Virus record (IMG/VR): IMGVR_UViG_3300031951_021456
Location: 1 to 64,000 of that record
DNA: 64,000 nt
Strand: one strand, 5' to 3'
Both the position numbers and the translations under genes were made by a program. Below the pieces are notes generated by a model. It was not told the DNA's origin. It did not search any database and saw nothing but the letters and a program-made list of their open reading frames with translations. Within the stretch, counting starts at the first letter, position 1, and every line of letters starts with the position of its first letter. Below, piece by piece: positions 1 through 7,040 of the stretch.

Positions 1-102
1 GTGAAAGTTAATCATTGTTCAGTTGAACGAAGTGAATTAGGTCATTGCAAACCTGAAGCTGTTCATTTTAAGCCGAAACAAAAACGCGGCTGGTTTAGAT
101 AA
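1..102 (+). CDS. 3' part of small Cys-containing hypothetical protein, paralog of 280..489 (5' end probably outside the window)
   Basis: Open frame VKVNHCSVERSELGHCKPEAVHF...; shares GHCKPEAV with 280..489. Confidence 0.65.
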   Translation: MKVNHCSVERSELGHCKPEAVHFKPKQKRGWFR

Positions 103-108
103 CATTTA

Positions 109-128
109 CACACACACACACACACACA
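109..128. repeat. (CA)10 microsatellite in the leader of ORF 137..283
   Basis: Direct reading. Confidence 0.95.
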
Positions 129-136
129 TTAAAACA

Positions 137-283
137 ATGAAAGAACAAGTTACTATTTCAAAAGAAGAATATGACGAACTTTTATATGCTCGGAAAAAAC
201 TCTATGCTCTTGAACGGAGCGGTGTAGACAATTGGCAGTGGTATGATGTTGCAATGGAAGAAATGGATAATGAAGATTTATGA
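137..283 (+). CDS. 48-aa hypothetical protein (GVDNW family), not in ORF track
   Basis: MKEQVTISKEEYDELLYARKKLYALERSGVDNWQWYD...; paralog at 516..683; ATGA overlap with next gene. Confidence 0.75.
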   Translation: MKEQVTISKEEYDELLYARKKLYALERSGVDNWQWYDVAMEEMDNEDL

Positions 284-489
284 TGCAAGAGCTTAAATTT
301 TGTAAAGACTGTGACCACTACCGCATGGTTGCCAATGGTTCTGATGAATGCAAGTGCCCATGGATACCAAAAGAGATTAATTTGGTATCTGGAGAAAACC
401 GGGAATTGTACTGTTTTATAGAGCGTACCCCGAGGGGTCATTGCAAACCTGAAGCTGTTTACTTTACATCCATACAAAAACATTTTTAA
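280..489 (+). CDS. Small Cys-rich hypothetical protein
   Basis: CxxCxH...C...C pattern; ATGA coupling. Confidence 0.7.
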   Translation: MMQELKFCKDCDHYRMVANGSDECKCPWIPKEINLVSGENRELYCFIERTPRGHCKPEAVYFTSIQKHF

Positions 490-515
490 TTCTAACTTCT
501 ATTTAATTTAAAATT

Positions 516-683
516 ATGACAAAACAAACCTGCGACACTATTACAATCACAGTAAAGGAATATGACGAACTTTTACATGCTTGGAAAAAACTAATTGCCC
601 TTGAGGGTGGTGGCGTAGACAATTGGGAAGGGTATTATGATGCAATGGAAGAAATGGATGATGAAGAAGATGATGAATATTGA
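516..683 (+). CDS. 55-aa hypothetical protein (GVDNW family), not in ORF track
   Basis: EYDELLHAWKKLIALEGGGVDNWEGYYDAMEEMD matches 137..283. Confidence 0.75.
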   Translation: MTKQTCDTITITVKEYDELLHAWKKLIALEGGGVDNWEGYYDAMEEMDDEEDDEY

Positions 684-724
684 ACAAGCACACTAACAAC
701 TATCAATAAATTTAATCAAACAAA

Positions 725-1477
725 ATGGAACTTCAGCAACTTGACTGGAAAAATTACACAACTGAAACGAATATTTTCAACTATAAAATTCCAAATGTTG
801 ATGAAAATATTGCCACGATTGAAGTAATATCTACTAAGAATAGTAATAGCGGTGAAACAAAATCTGTAGTAACTATTAATAAGACCACAACTAATAAGGT
901 TCTGAAAGAGTGTACTCCAGCTTTTGTTAAGCGTTCTTTTTTTGAACTAATTAAAACTAAATCCCCATTTGATTATCGTTCTCTTACACTAGAAGATTAC
1001 CTATTTTCTGATGATAGCATTTTATCTGAAGATATATCGGAGAAAAATTTGATTTGGTTTTATTTTAGTGGAGATATGTTGTTTAAGACGAATGGAATTC
1101 CGATTGCCACACCAATATATTATGATTATAATTGTACTCCATTTTCAAACGAATATTGCTATCTTAAACCTTTATTAAATTATTTAAAAGAACATCCATG
1201 GGTCGTAAATAAAGAAGACCTTGAAATTGAAAACATACCATATTATAATTCTGAAAAGAATCGTGATAGATGTATTAGGGATATTTGTATTTGTCCAGAT
1301 CAAGATACCTATGATAGAGTTTATCAACAGTATAGTGGAGATAAATATTTTTCTCGTAGAATTAGAGAAGCTATTTCTAGCCAACTGTTTATGTATAATT
1401 CTGAAAAACACCATGATTGGCTCGGTATCGCACCTTTTCTAAAAAATCCACCCAAACAACTGGCACAAGACTCTTGA
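725..1477 (+). CDS. Hypothetical protein
   Basis: 250-aa ORF on the majority strand. Confidence 0.75.
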   Translation: MELQQLDWKNYTTETNIFNYKIPNVDENIATIEVISTKNSNSGETKSVVTINKTTTNKVLKECTPAFVKRSFFELIKTKSPFDYRSLTLEDYLFSDDSILSEDISEKNLIWFYFSGDMLFKTNGIPIATPIYYDYNCTPFSNEYCYLKPLLNYLKEHPWVVNKEDLEIENIPYYNSEKNRDRCIRDICICPDQDTYDRVYQQYSGDKYFSRRIREAISSQLFMYNSEKHHDWLGIAPFLKNPPKQLAQDS

Positions 1478-1502
1478 CCTTTTGAGAAAACTCTGCTAAC
1501 TT
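1445..1502 (+). promoter_or_regulatory. Sigma70-type early promoter with upstream half-palindrome
   Basis: TTGACC(1474)-17 bp-TAACTT(1497) with extended TG; AACTGGCAC at 1458-1466. Confidence 0.7.
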
Positions 1503-1514
1503 AAGTAAGTCAAG

Positions 1515-1572
1515 AGATGAGGCAGCAATCAAAAAGCTCTAGACATTTAATCTAACCAGCAAACTCATCTAG
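1515..1572 (+). ncRNA. CAGCA stem element copy 1, inner anticodon-like hairpin (TTT)
   Basis: AGATGAG/CTCATCT outer stem, GCAGCAA, inner TAGA-CATTTAA-TCTA. Confidence 0.65.
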
Positions 1573-1592
1573 TAACACACCACACAAAAATT

Positions 1593-1823
1593 ATGAAAAC
1601 TCATAGACAACTTGAACCACATGAAGTCCAGATGGTTCAAGAGCATGTTGATTTGGAAGCACGAATTCAGCGATTTCAGCAATTCATTCAAAATCCAGGA
1701 AATGTGAATTTTTCAGAAGCTGAAATTGCTAGAATGAAAGCTCAAGAGATGGCTATGAGCATGTATTTGAGCATCTTGAGTGATAGACTAGCTGTAGTAT
1801 TTAAAGAAACTGGAAACGGTTAA
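1593..1823 (+). CDS. Small coiled-coil phage protein (crAss001_48-like)
   Basis: EHVDLEARIQRFQQFI...QEMAMSMYLSILSDR pattern. Confidence 0.6.
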   Translation: MKTHRQLEPHEVQMVQEHVDLEARIQRFQQFIQNPGNVNFSEAEIARMKAQEMAMSMYLSILSDRLAVVFKETGNG

Positions 1824-1837
1824 TTAAATACAATAAA

Positions 1838-1875
1838 AAGTTGATACAGCATCAACAAAACAAACAATCAACTTG
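1838..1875 (+). promoter_or_regulatory. CAGCA stem element copy 2 (no inner hairpin) abutting the RBS of the DUF2828 gene
   Basis: AAGTTGAT-ACAGCA...ATCAACTT-GAGG-N6-ATG(1885). Confidence 0.65.
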
Positions 1876-1884
1876 AGGTTAATT

Positions 1885-3348
1885 ATGACTTTTATTCAAG
1901 CTCTTAAAAGTGAATTGAATACCACTACAACTGAAAATGGCGCAAAGGCTTATAATTCTACTACAAATGAATGCCTGGATCTTTATGGCTCAATCGGTGC
2001 ATGTCGTACTAATTTGACTCATGCAGAACGTCTCTTCTTTAATGCATATGAGCAAGACCCGGAAACTGCTGTAAGAATTCTATTCTATTCAAGGGATATT
2101 CGGGGCGCAAGTCAAGGCGAACGTGCAGTGTTTAGGGCATTAATGCCGAAACTTGCACAAAAGAATCCTAAGGTAGCTTCCCGCCTAGTTTCACTGATTC
2201 CATACTACGGTCGCTGGGATGATCTCCTGTGCCTTGAAGGAACTTTGGTTTGGACTGAGGTACTTGAGACTATCAAAACTCAACTAAATGAAGATCTTAA
2301 TAGTGAGAAAGTATCGCTAGCTGCAAAATGGATGCCGAGTATCAATGCTTCTTCAAAAGAAAGCAAGCGTCTTGGTCGTCTAATTGCAGATCACATGGGC
2401 TGGTCAGAACGACAGTACCGGAAGAATCTTGCAACTCTACGAGCAAAGATTAACATCGTAGAAACTTCAATGTGCAAAAAGGATTGGAGTTCTATTGATT
2501 ATGAACGTCTTCCTTCCCGCGCTGCGATGATGTATCGCAATGCATTCAAAAAACATGATGAGGATCGCTATTCTGAATATCTCTCTCGTGTAGAGAACGG
2601 TGAAGCAAAGATCAATACGGGAACTCTTTTTCCTTATGATATTGTGAATAAGTATCTCTACAAAGGTTCTACCAACGATAAGACTCTTGAACAACAATGG
2701 GATGCTCTTCCTGATTATATGGAAGGTTTGGAATTCAACGGACTTGTTGTTGCTGATGTTTCATATTCAATGACATGGAATGGGGGAATGCCAATGGCTG
2801 TATGTCTCTCTCTTGCAGTTTATATTGCTGAGCGCAATCAATCAGAGATTTGGAAAAACAAATTTCTAACTTTCTCTCAATCTCCAACACTTGAAACTAT
2901 TCTAGGTAACACTATTGAAGAAAAAATCAGACATATTCTCAAATCAGATCCGGGAGGAAACACTGATCTGATGGCTACATTTAAAGTAATTCTTGATTCC
3001 GCAACTTCCAATAATGTCGCAGCAAATGATATGCCACAGAAACTGATCATTGTTTCTGATATGCAATTTGATCAGGCTTGCAGATCTAACAAGCGTACTA
3101 ATTTTGAACAGATTCAAAAGCTGTATCGTAAGGCTGGTTACGAAATGCCAGAGCTAGTATTCTGGAATGTAAATGCAAGTGCTAATGTGCCTATTCAAGC
3201 TGATGACACTGGAACAGCTCTTGTTTCTGGCTGTAGTCCTGCTATTCTGAAGAGTGTTTTGAGTGGTAAAATCATATCTCCAGTAGAAGTGATGATGAAT
3301 AGTCTTTATGTGGAACGCTATGATCCAATTGGACTAGCCTTTGCATAA
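1885..3348 (+). CDS. DUF2828 family protein with C-terminal vWA domain (Ro60/TROVE-like architecture)
   Basis: TTENG, RDIRG..GER, YGRWDDL, LAAKWMP, MIDAS-like DVSYSM, SDMQFD, VFWNV; GAGG RBS before ATG 1885. Confidence 0.85.
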   Translation: MTFIQALKSELNTTTTENGAKAYNSTTNECLDLYGSIGACRTNLTHAERLFFNAYEQDPETAVRILFYSRDIRGASQGERAVFRALMPKLAQKNPKVASRLVSLIPYYGRWDDLLCLEGTLVWTEVLETIKTQLNEDLNSEKVSLAAKWMPSINASSKESKRLGRLIADHMGWSERQYRKNLATLRAKINIVETSMCKKDWSSIDYERLPSRAAMMYRNAFKKHDEDRYSEYLSRVENGEAKINTGTLFPYDIVNKYLYKGSTNDKTLEQQWDALPDYMEGLEFNGLVVADVSYSMTWNGGMPMAVCLSLAVYIAERNQSEIWKNKFLTFSQSPTLETILGNTIEEKIRHILKSDPGGNTDLMATFKVILDSATSNNVAANDMPQKLIIVSDMQFDQACRSNKRTNFEQIQKLYRKAGYEMPELVFWNVNASANVPIQADDTGTALVSGCSPAILKSVLSGKIISPVEVMMNSLYVERYDPIGLAFA

Positions 3349-3357
3349 ATAAACGGA

Positions 3358-3417
3358 AAGATGGTTCAGCAAATTTACAAAAACTGTTTTGCTATAACTG
3401 TTCCTCAAACCATCTTG
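3358..3417 (+). ncRNA. CAGCA stem element copy 3, inner anticodon-like hairpin (GCT)
   Basis: AAGATGGTT/AACCATCTT outer stem, CAGCAA, inner ACTGTT-TTGCTAT-AACTGT; late-promoter-like ATAAATA at 3345. Confidence 0.7.
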
Positions 3418-3423
3418 TTAAAC

Positions 3424-3533
3424 CGGGAAGTAGCTCAATTGATAGAGCAACGTAAAATGGATCTTGTTAAGATCTTAACCGCATTTAAAAGCTTTGGGTG
3501 CCGTGGTTGTAGGTTTAAGTCCTACCTTCCCGA
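3424..3533 (+). tRNA. tRNA-Pro(TGG) with 38-nt insertion (3453-3490) in the anticodon stem
   Basis: CGGGAAG/CTTCCCG acceptor, GCTC/GAGC D stem, ACG[insert]GC-TTTGGGT-GCCGT anticodon arm, GTAGG-TTTAAGT-CCTAC T arm. Confidence 0.8.
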
Positions 3534-3536
3534 TTC

Positions 3537-3574
3537 GTGGTAAGATCGTTTGAGATTTTCTTCTTACCACTTTT
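3537..3574 (+). terminator. Hairpin plus U-tract (terminator or processing signal)
   Basis: GTGGTAAGA...TCTTACCAC-TTTT, 16-nt loop. Confidence 0.45.
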
Positions 3575-3579
3575 CTAAT

Positions 3580-3631
3580 TAGATGATTCAGCAATTAATC
3601 TCTTACTGCTAATAAGACCAAAATCATCTAG
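3580..3631 (+). ncRNA. CAGCA stem element copy 4, canonical anticodon stem-loop (GCT)
   Basis: TAGATGATT/AATCATCTA outer stem, CAGCAA, inner TCTTA-CTGCTAA-TAAGA. Confidence 0.75.
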
Positions 3632-3644
3632 TCTAAATAATCAA

Positions 3645-3716
3645 AGCGGAGGAGTGTCACGGTAGCACGAGGGTCTCATAAGCCCTAAGAGTAAGTTCAA
3701 TTCTTACCTCTCGCCA
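3645..3716 (+). tRNA. tRNA with CAT anticodon (Met-like), bulged acceptor stem
   Basis: AGGGT-CTCATAA-GCCCT; GTAAG-TTCAATT-CTTAC; acceptor GCGGAG/CTC(T)CGC. Confidence 0.7.
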
Positions 3717-3743
3717 TTGATAGATTAATCTATCATATTTTAA

Positions 3744-3779
3744 ACCGATTTTAAAATTACAAATGACCATTTGATCGGT
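3744..3779 (+). promoter_or_regulatory. Candidate structured leader element A
   Basis: ACCGAT...TTAAA...TGACCATTTG-ATCGGT; covaries with 4468..4504. Confidence 0.5.
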
Positions 3780-3798
3780 ATGGTTTGGGAAAAATTAA

Positions 3799-4386
3799 AT
3801 GTTTAAATCTAATCTTGTTGCAACTATTCAGGTGAATGGAATCCCACTAAGGGAATTTGGTAGCAATGTATATCTACCATATGATACAGAATATCAAATT
3901 ATGTTAAAAAATAAGACCATTCTCAGGCAAGCGGTAAGAGTTACAATTGCTGGGGAAAGTATGTGGGATGGTAGTATTGTTTTAAATGGTCGTGAAACTT
4001 TTGATTATGGTAACTTTAATAGAAATAACAAGTTTAAATTTAAAAAACTTTCTGAGAATGGATCGCATAATTATCCATTTTTATTTGAAGATTGTTTAAT
4101 TATTATTCGCTTTGTTTCGGAAACTGTACCTATTATGGATTTGGATATGAATAAAAAAGCAACATATAATAAAACCGGATTTACTCCTAATGTTTCAGAT
4201 TGGGAAACCGTGTGGCCTGATTCTGAAGAAACAATGTTCTTGAAGTTAAATGGAGAATTTAAACATAAACAAATTGTGGAACCAATCACAGTAAAAACGA
4301 AGATTGAATGTAAATCATGTGGAACCAAAAATCCAGCAGGGTTTGAATATTGTTCAACATGTGGAGATAAAGTTATATTCAATTAA
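3799..4386 (+). CDS. Phage protein with C-terminal zinc ribbon, paralog of 4523..5224
   Basis: VNG..LREFG..VY.P...EY; C-terminal CKSCG...CSTCG. Confidence 0.8.
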   Translation: MFKSNLVATIQVNGIPLREFGSNVYLPYDTEYQIMLKNKTILRQAVRVTIAGESMWDGSIVLNGRETFDYGNFNRNNKFKFKKLSENGSHNYPFLFEDCLIIIRFVSETVPIMDLDMNKKATYNKTGFTPNVSDWETVWPDSEETMFLKLNGEFKHKQIVEPITVKTKIECKSCGTKNPAGFEYCSTCGDKVIFN

Positions 4387-4395
4387 TTAATAATT

Positions 4396-4452
4396 TAGAT
4401 GATTCAGCAATCTTAAAACTTTCTTATTGGTTTAGAAAACAAAATCATCTAG
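4396..4452 (+). ncRNA. CAGCA stem element copy 5, inner hairpin with TTGG loop
   Basis: TAGATGATT/AATCATCTA, CAGCAA, inner TTTCT-TATTGGTTT-AGAAA. Confidence 0.7.
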
Positions 4453-4467
4453 TCTAAATAAAAACTG

Positions 4468-4504
4468 ACAGACTTAAACACTAAAAACTGAGCATTTAGT
4501 CTGT
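4468..4504 (+). promoter_or_regulatory. Candidate structured leader element B
   Basis: ACAGAC-TTAAA...TGAGCATTTA-GTCTGT. Confidence 0.5.
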
Positions 4505-4522
4505 ATGCTCCCAAAGATAAAA

Positions 4523-5224
4523 ATGATGTACCAGAACAATCTTGCAGCGGCAATTAAGGTAAATGGAAACATTCTCCGAGAGTTTGGGGATACTGTTTAT
4601 ATTCCATTTGGCTCCGAATATCAAATTCGCCTAAGAAATTTAATTAGCTCTAGAGTTAAACTAAATGTTGAAATTGATGGACAAAACGTAACTGATGGTG
4701 GTCTAGTTTTAAATGCACTTCAATCAATTGATCTAGAGCGGTTTATTAGAAATGGAAATTTAACCACAGGCAATCGCTTTAAGTTTATTGAGAGAACTTC
4801 AAAAATTGAGAATCATCGTGGAATTAAACTAGAAGATGGTTTGATTATCATTCGCTATGAGTTTGAAATTCCACAAGTTACCTTCAAATCCTTATCCCAA
4901 CCAGTCTGGGATGCTTATGGTACTGCTAGGGTTGGGGGGACATATATAAATTCAGTATCGCAAAGATCAGTTTTCTATAATGAAACAGGAATTACTGTAG
5001 AAGGCTCTAAGAGTAATCAACAATTTAGTACAACAAATTGGCGTGGATCTTCGGGGGGAGAATATACCATAATTTTTAAACTCTTAGGTGAAACTGAAGA
5101 GAACAAAAAAGTAAGAGAACCAGTAACTGTAAAAACAAAACTTGAATGCAAAACTTGTGGAACCAAAAATCATGCGACATCTAAGTTTTGTTCAGAGTGT
5201 GGAACAGCTTTAGAAATCCTATAA
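4523..5224 (+). CDS. Phage protein with C-terminal zinc ribbon
   Basis: Paralog of 3799..4386; CKTCG...CSECG; start 4523/4526 by alignment with the paralog. Confidence 0.8.
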   Translation: MMYQNNLAAAIKVNGNILREFGDTVYIPFGSEYQIRLRNLISSRVKLNVEIDGQNVTDGGLVLNALQSIDLERFIRNGNLTTGNRFKFIERTSKIENHRGIKLEDGLIIIRYEFEIPQVTFKSLSQPVWDAYGTARVGGTYINSVSQRSVFYNETGITVEGSKSNQQFSTTNWRGSSGGEYTIIFKLLGETEENKKVREPVTVKTKLECKTCGTKNHATSKFCSECGTALEIL

Positions 5225-5260
5225 GATAAAAACTTTCCATAAATAGTCTTAAAAACTATA

Positions 5261-5704
5261 ATGGAAAAGTTATTTAAGCTTCTTAGTGATACACAAGCAA
5301 CACTCTTTGTTTTGTTTCAAAAAACTTGGAATTATCATCACAATGTTCATGGAACTGACTTCCCTCAGTTGCATGAACTTTTTGGTGAGCAATATACTGA
5401 AATGTTTGAGGAGATTGATCGCCTTAGTGAGCACATGAGATATCTCAACATTCGTCCAGTGTCCAGAATGGAGCGGATCGTAGAGGTTGCAGCCATTGAG
5501 GGGCCAGCAAACGCCAATCAGGAGCTTGATGCCCGTGGGATGGTAGAGCAGCTTCAGAGCGACAATGAGATGCTAATAGAGATGTTGAAGGATGTATCTG
5601 AAGAAGCCGAAAGTCAAAGGAGCTATGCAACGGCTAATCTTTCTCAAGATTTAATGGAAGCTCATGGTAAAAGTGTGTATAAATTGAGGTCATTTTTACA
5701 ATGA
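5261..5704 (+). CDS. dps: Dps / ferritin-like DNA protection protein
   Basis: YHHNVHG..F..LHELF.EQY....EIDRLSEH ferroxidase motifs; late-promoter-like ATAAATA at 5239. Confidence 0.9.
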   Translation: MEKLFKLLSDTQATLFVLFQKTWNYHHNVHGTDFPQLHELFGEQYTEMFEEIDRLSEHMRYLNIRPVSRMERIVEVAAIEGPANANQELDARGMVEQLQSDNEMLIEMLKDVSEEAESQRSYATANLSQDLMEAHGKSVYKLRSFLQ

Positions 5705-5770
5705 AATTCAGATATCTAAACAGTGCAGTGTAAGTGACTAAATAGATTCACTGTTAATCGGTGAATAATT

Positions 5771-6025
5771 ATGTTAAAGATTAGATGTAAACTTTGCAAT
5801 AGTGAAGTGGTTGCAAAGCCTGGGCAGTCTTCTAGCTGCAAGTGTTCAAATATGGCAACAATTCGTGGTGAATCTATTTCGGCCTTAGATTTATCTCAAG
5901 TTGTAATAGTTTCAGGTGTTCCTTCATTTAAGCAAACTAAGACTATTTTAACTTCTACAGATTTAATGTGGCAAGAGGAGCGTAGAAAAAGAGGAGTGAA
6001 AAAACTTAGCTTTGAGGAGCGGTGA
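5771..6025 (+). CDS. Small Cys-rich phage protein
   Basis: CxxC...CxC. Confidence 0.7.
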   Translation: MLKIRCKLCNSEVVAKPGQSSSCKCSNMATIRGESISALDLSQVVIVSGVPSFKQTKTILTSTDLMWQEERRKRGVKKLSFEER

Positions 6026-6079
6026 CAGTTTTTGATCTGTCCCTAGAGATCTAAGCACACTTCTAGCTGCTGCTATGCT
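6022..6079 (+). promoter_or_regulatory. Palindrome-associated early promoter
   Basis: GTGACAGTT-N4-ATCTGTCCC, 30 bp, TATGCT. Confidence 0.7.
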
Positions 6080-6103
6080 TAATAGACAAACCACAAACCC
6101 CCA

Positions 6104-6400
6104 ATGAACCTAAGCATTAAATTTGATCCTCTCACTAAAACCTTCCATTATCCTGATGGTGTTACTGAGACTTTGGATCAATACAATACCCGAAATGAAA
6201 GATTTGATTATATTCAAGCTCTTCAAAATGCTCTGGATCTACTGAAAGTTCTTTATCAGAATCCTGGATGTCTTAATCAGAAAGAATATCTTAAAGCAAA
6301 AGAAAAAATTCAAGAAGAGTTTGAATATTGGCAAGCTAACATCTTTCATGAGTATGAAGATGCTCGGGAAGATGATCCATGTAATGTCCACTTTACTTGA
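6104..6400 (+). CDS. Hypothetical protein
   Basis: ORF directly behind promoter. Confidence 0.7.
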   Translation: MNLSIKFDPLTKTFHYPDGVTETLDQYNTRNERFDYIQALQNALDLLKVLYQNPGCLNQKEYLKAKEKIQEEFEYWQANIFHEYEDAREDDPCNVHFT

Positions 6401-6409
6401 TTTTCAACC

Positions 6410-6559
6410 ATGAATGATCGCACTCGCCAAAACTGGCAAAAAATCAAAACTGCCCTAGAAGAATCAAACAAAACTGATTGTTATCTTTATACAAGAGCAT
6501 GTGAGATTGTAAAATCTGGAAGAGATCCAATGGAGGGGGGATTGTTTCGCCCTCTATGA
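6410..6559 (+). CDS. Small cyanophage-type hypothetical protein, not in ORF track
   Basis: MNDRTRQNWQKIKTALEESNKTDCYLYTRACEIVKSGRDPM; ATGA overlap with next gene. Confidence 0.7.
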   Translation: MNDRTRQNWQKIKTALEESNKTDCYLYTRACEIVKSGRDPMEGGLFRPL

Positions 6560-6753
6560 TTTTAAAACAAACTTGGATTACTCCAAAATACTATGACCAT
6601 CCAGAACTTGATCATTCTTCAACTAATCAAAAGCTTCTTTGTATTGAGTTTATTGATGAATCTTCAATAAAGGCGATTTCAGAAAAAGCTGCACGAATGA
6701 GAGCCCTTGAATTTTTTAATGAACCTTATGAACCACCAGAAGATCAACACTAA
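6556..6753 (+). CDS. Hypothetical protein
   Basis: Translationally coupled ORF. Confidence 0.55.
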   Translation: MILKQTWITPKYYDHPELDHSSTNQKLLCIEFIDESSIKAISEKAARMRALEFFNEPYEPPEDQH

Positions 6754-6851
6754 AGAAAAAGAGAAACAAAAGGAAGATTCAAACCAAGAATCTAAAAGTA
6801 ATGAAGATCTTAGCTACCTCAATCAACATGATGATGGTTGTTGATTTTTAT

Positions 6852-6924
6852 GCTCCATTAGCTCTCTGATGAAAGCGTCGCCCTCATAAGGCGAGAAAGG
6901 TGGGTTTGATCCCCACATGGAGCA
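6852..6924 (+). tRNA. tRNA with CAT anticodon (Met or Ile2)
   Basis: GCTCCAT/ATGGAGC acceptor; TCGCC-CTCATAA-GGCGA; GTGGG-TTTGATC-CCCAC. Confidence 0.85.
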
Positions 6925-6981
6925 TTACAATGTCTCAACTGTCCATCATTGTTTGACAAACAGAGCATTGTGGGTTAAACT
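6924..6981 (+). promoter_or_regulatory. Sigma70 early promoter with palindrome half-site
   Basis: AACTGTCCA(6937), TTGACA(6953)-17 bp-TAAACT(6976). Confidence 0.75.
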
Positions 6982-7040
6982 TAAAATGAGAGAAATCTCA
7001 GCAACCCACTCTTTACTTAAGAACCAAAACACCTAGCCAC

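Noticed and set aside
3453-3490. Group I/II or archaeal BHB intron in tRNA-Pro
   Set aside because: Only 38 nt, no catalytic core and no clear bulge-helix-bulge at the junctions
3361-3543. 60-aa ORF in the track
   Set aside because: Overlaps the CAGCA element and tRNA-Pro; the structured RNA explains the sequence
1515-4452. CRISPR array interpretation of the repeated elements
   Set aside because: Copies are dispersed between genes, conserved in structure rather than sequence, with no regular spacers and no cas operon
6987-7005. TGAGA-GAAA-TCTCA-GCAA as another CAGCA element
   Set aside because: Simple GNRA leader hairpin; CAGCA overlaps the 3' strand and there is no enclosing outer stem
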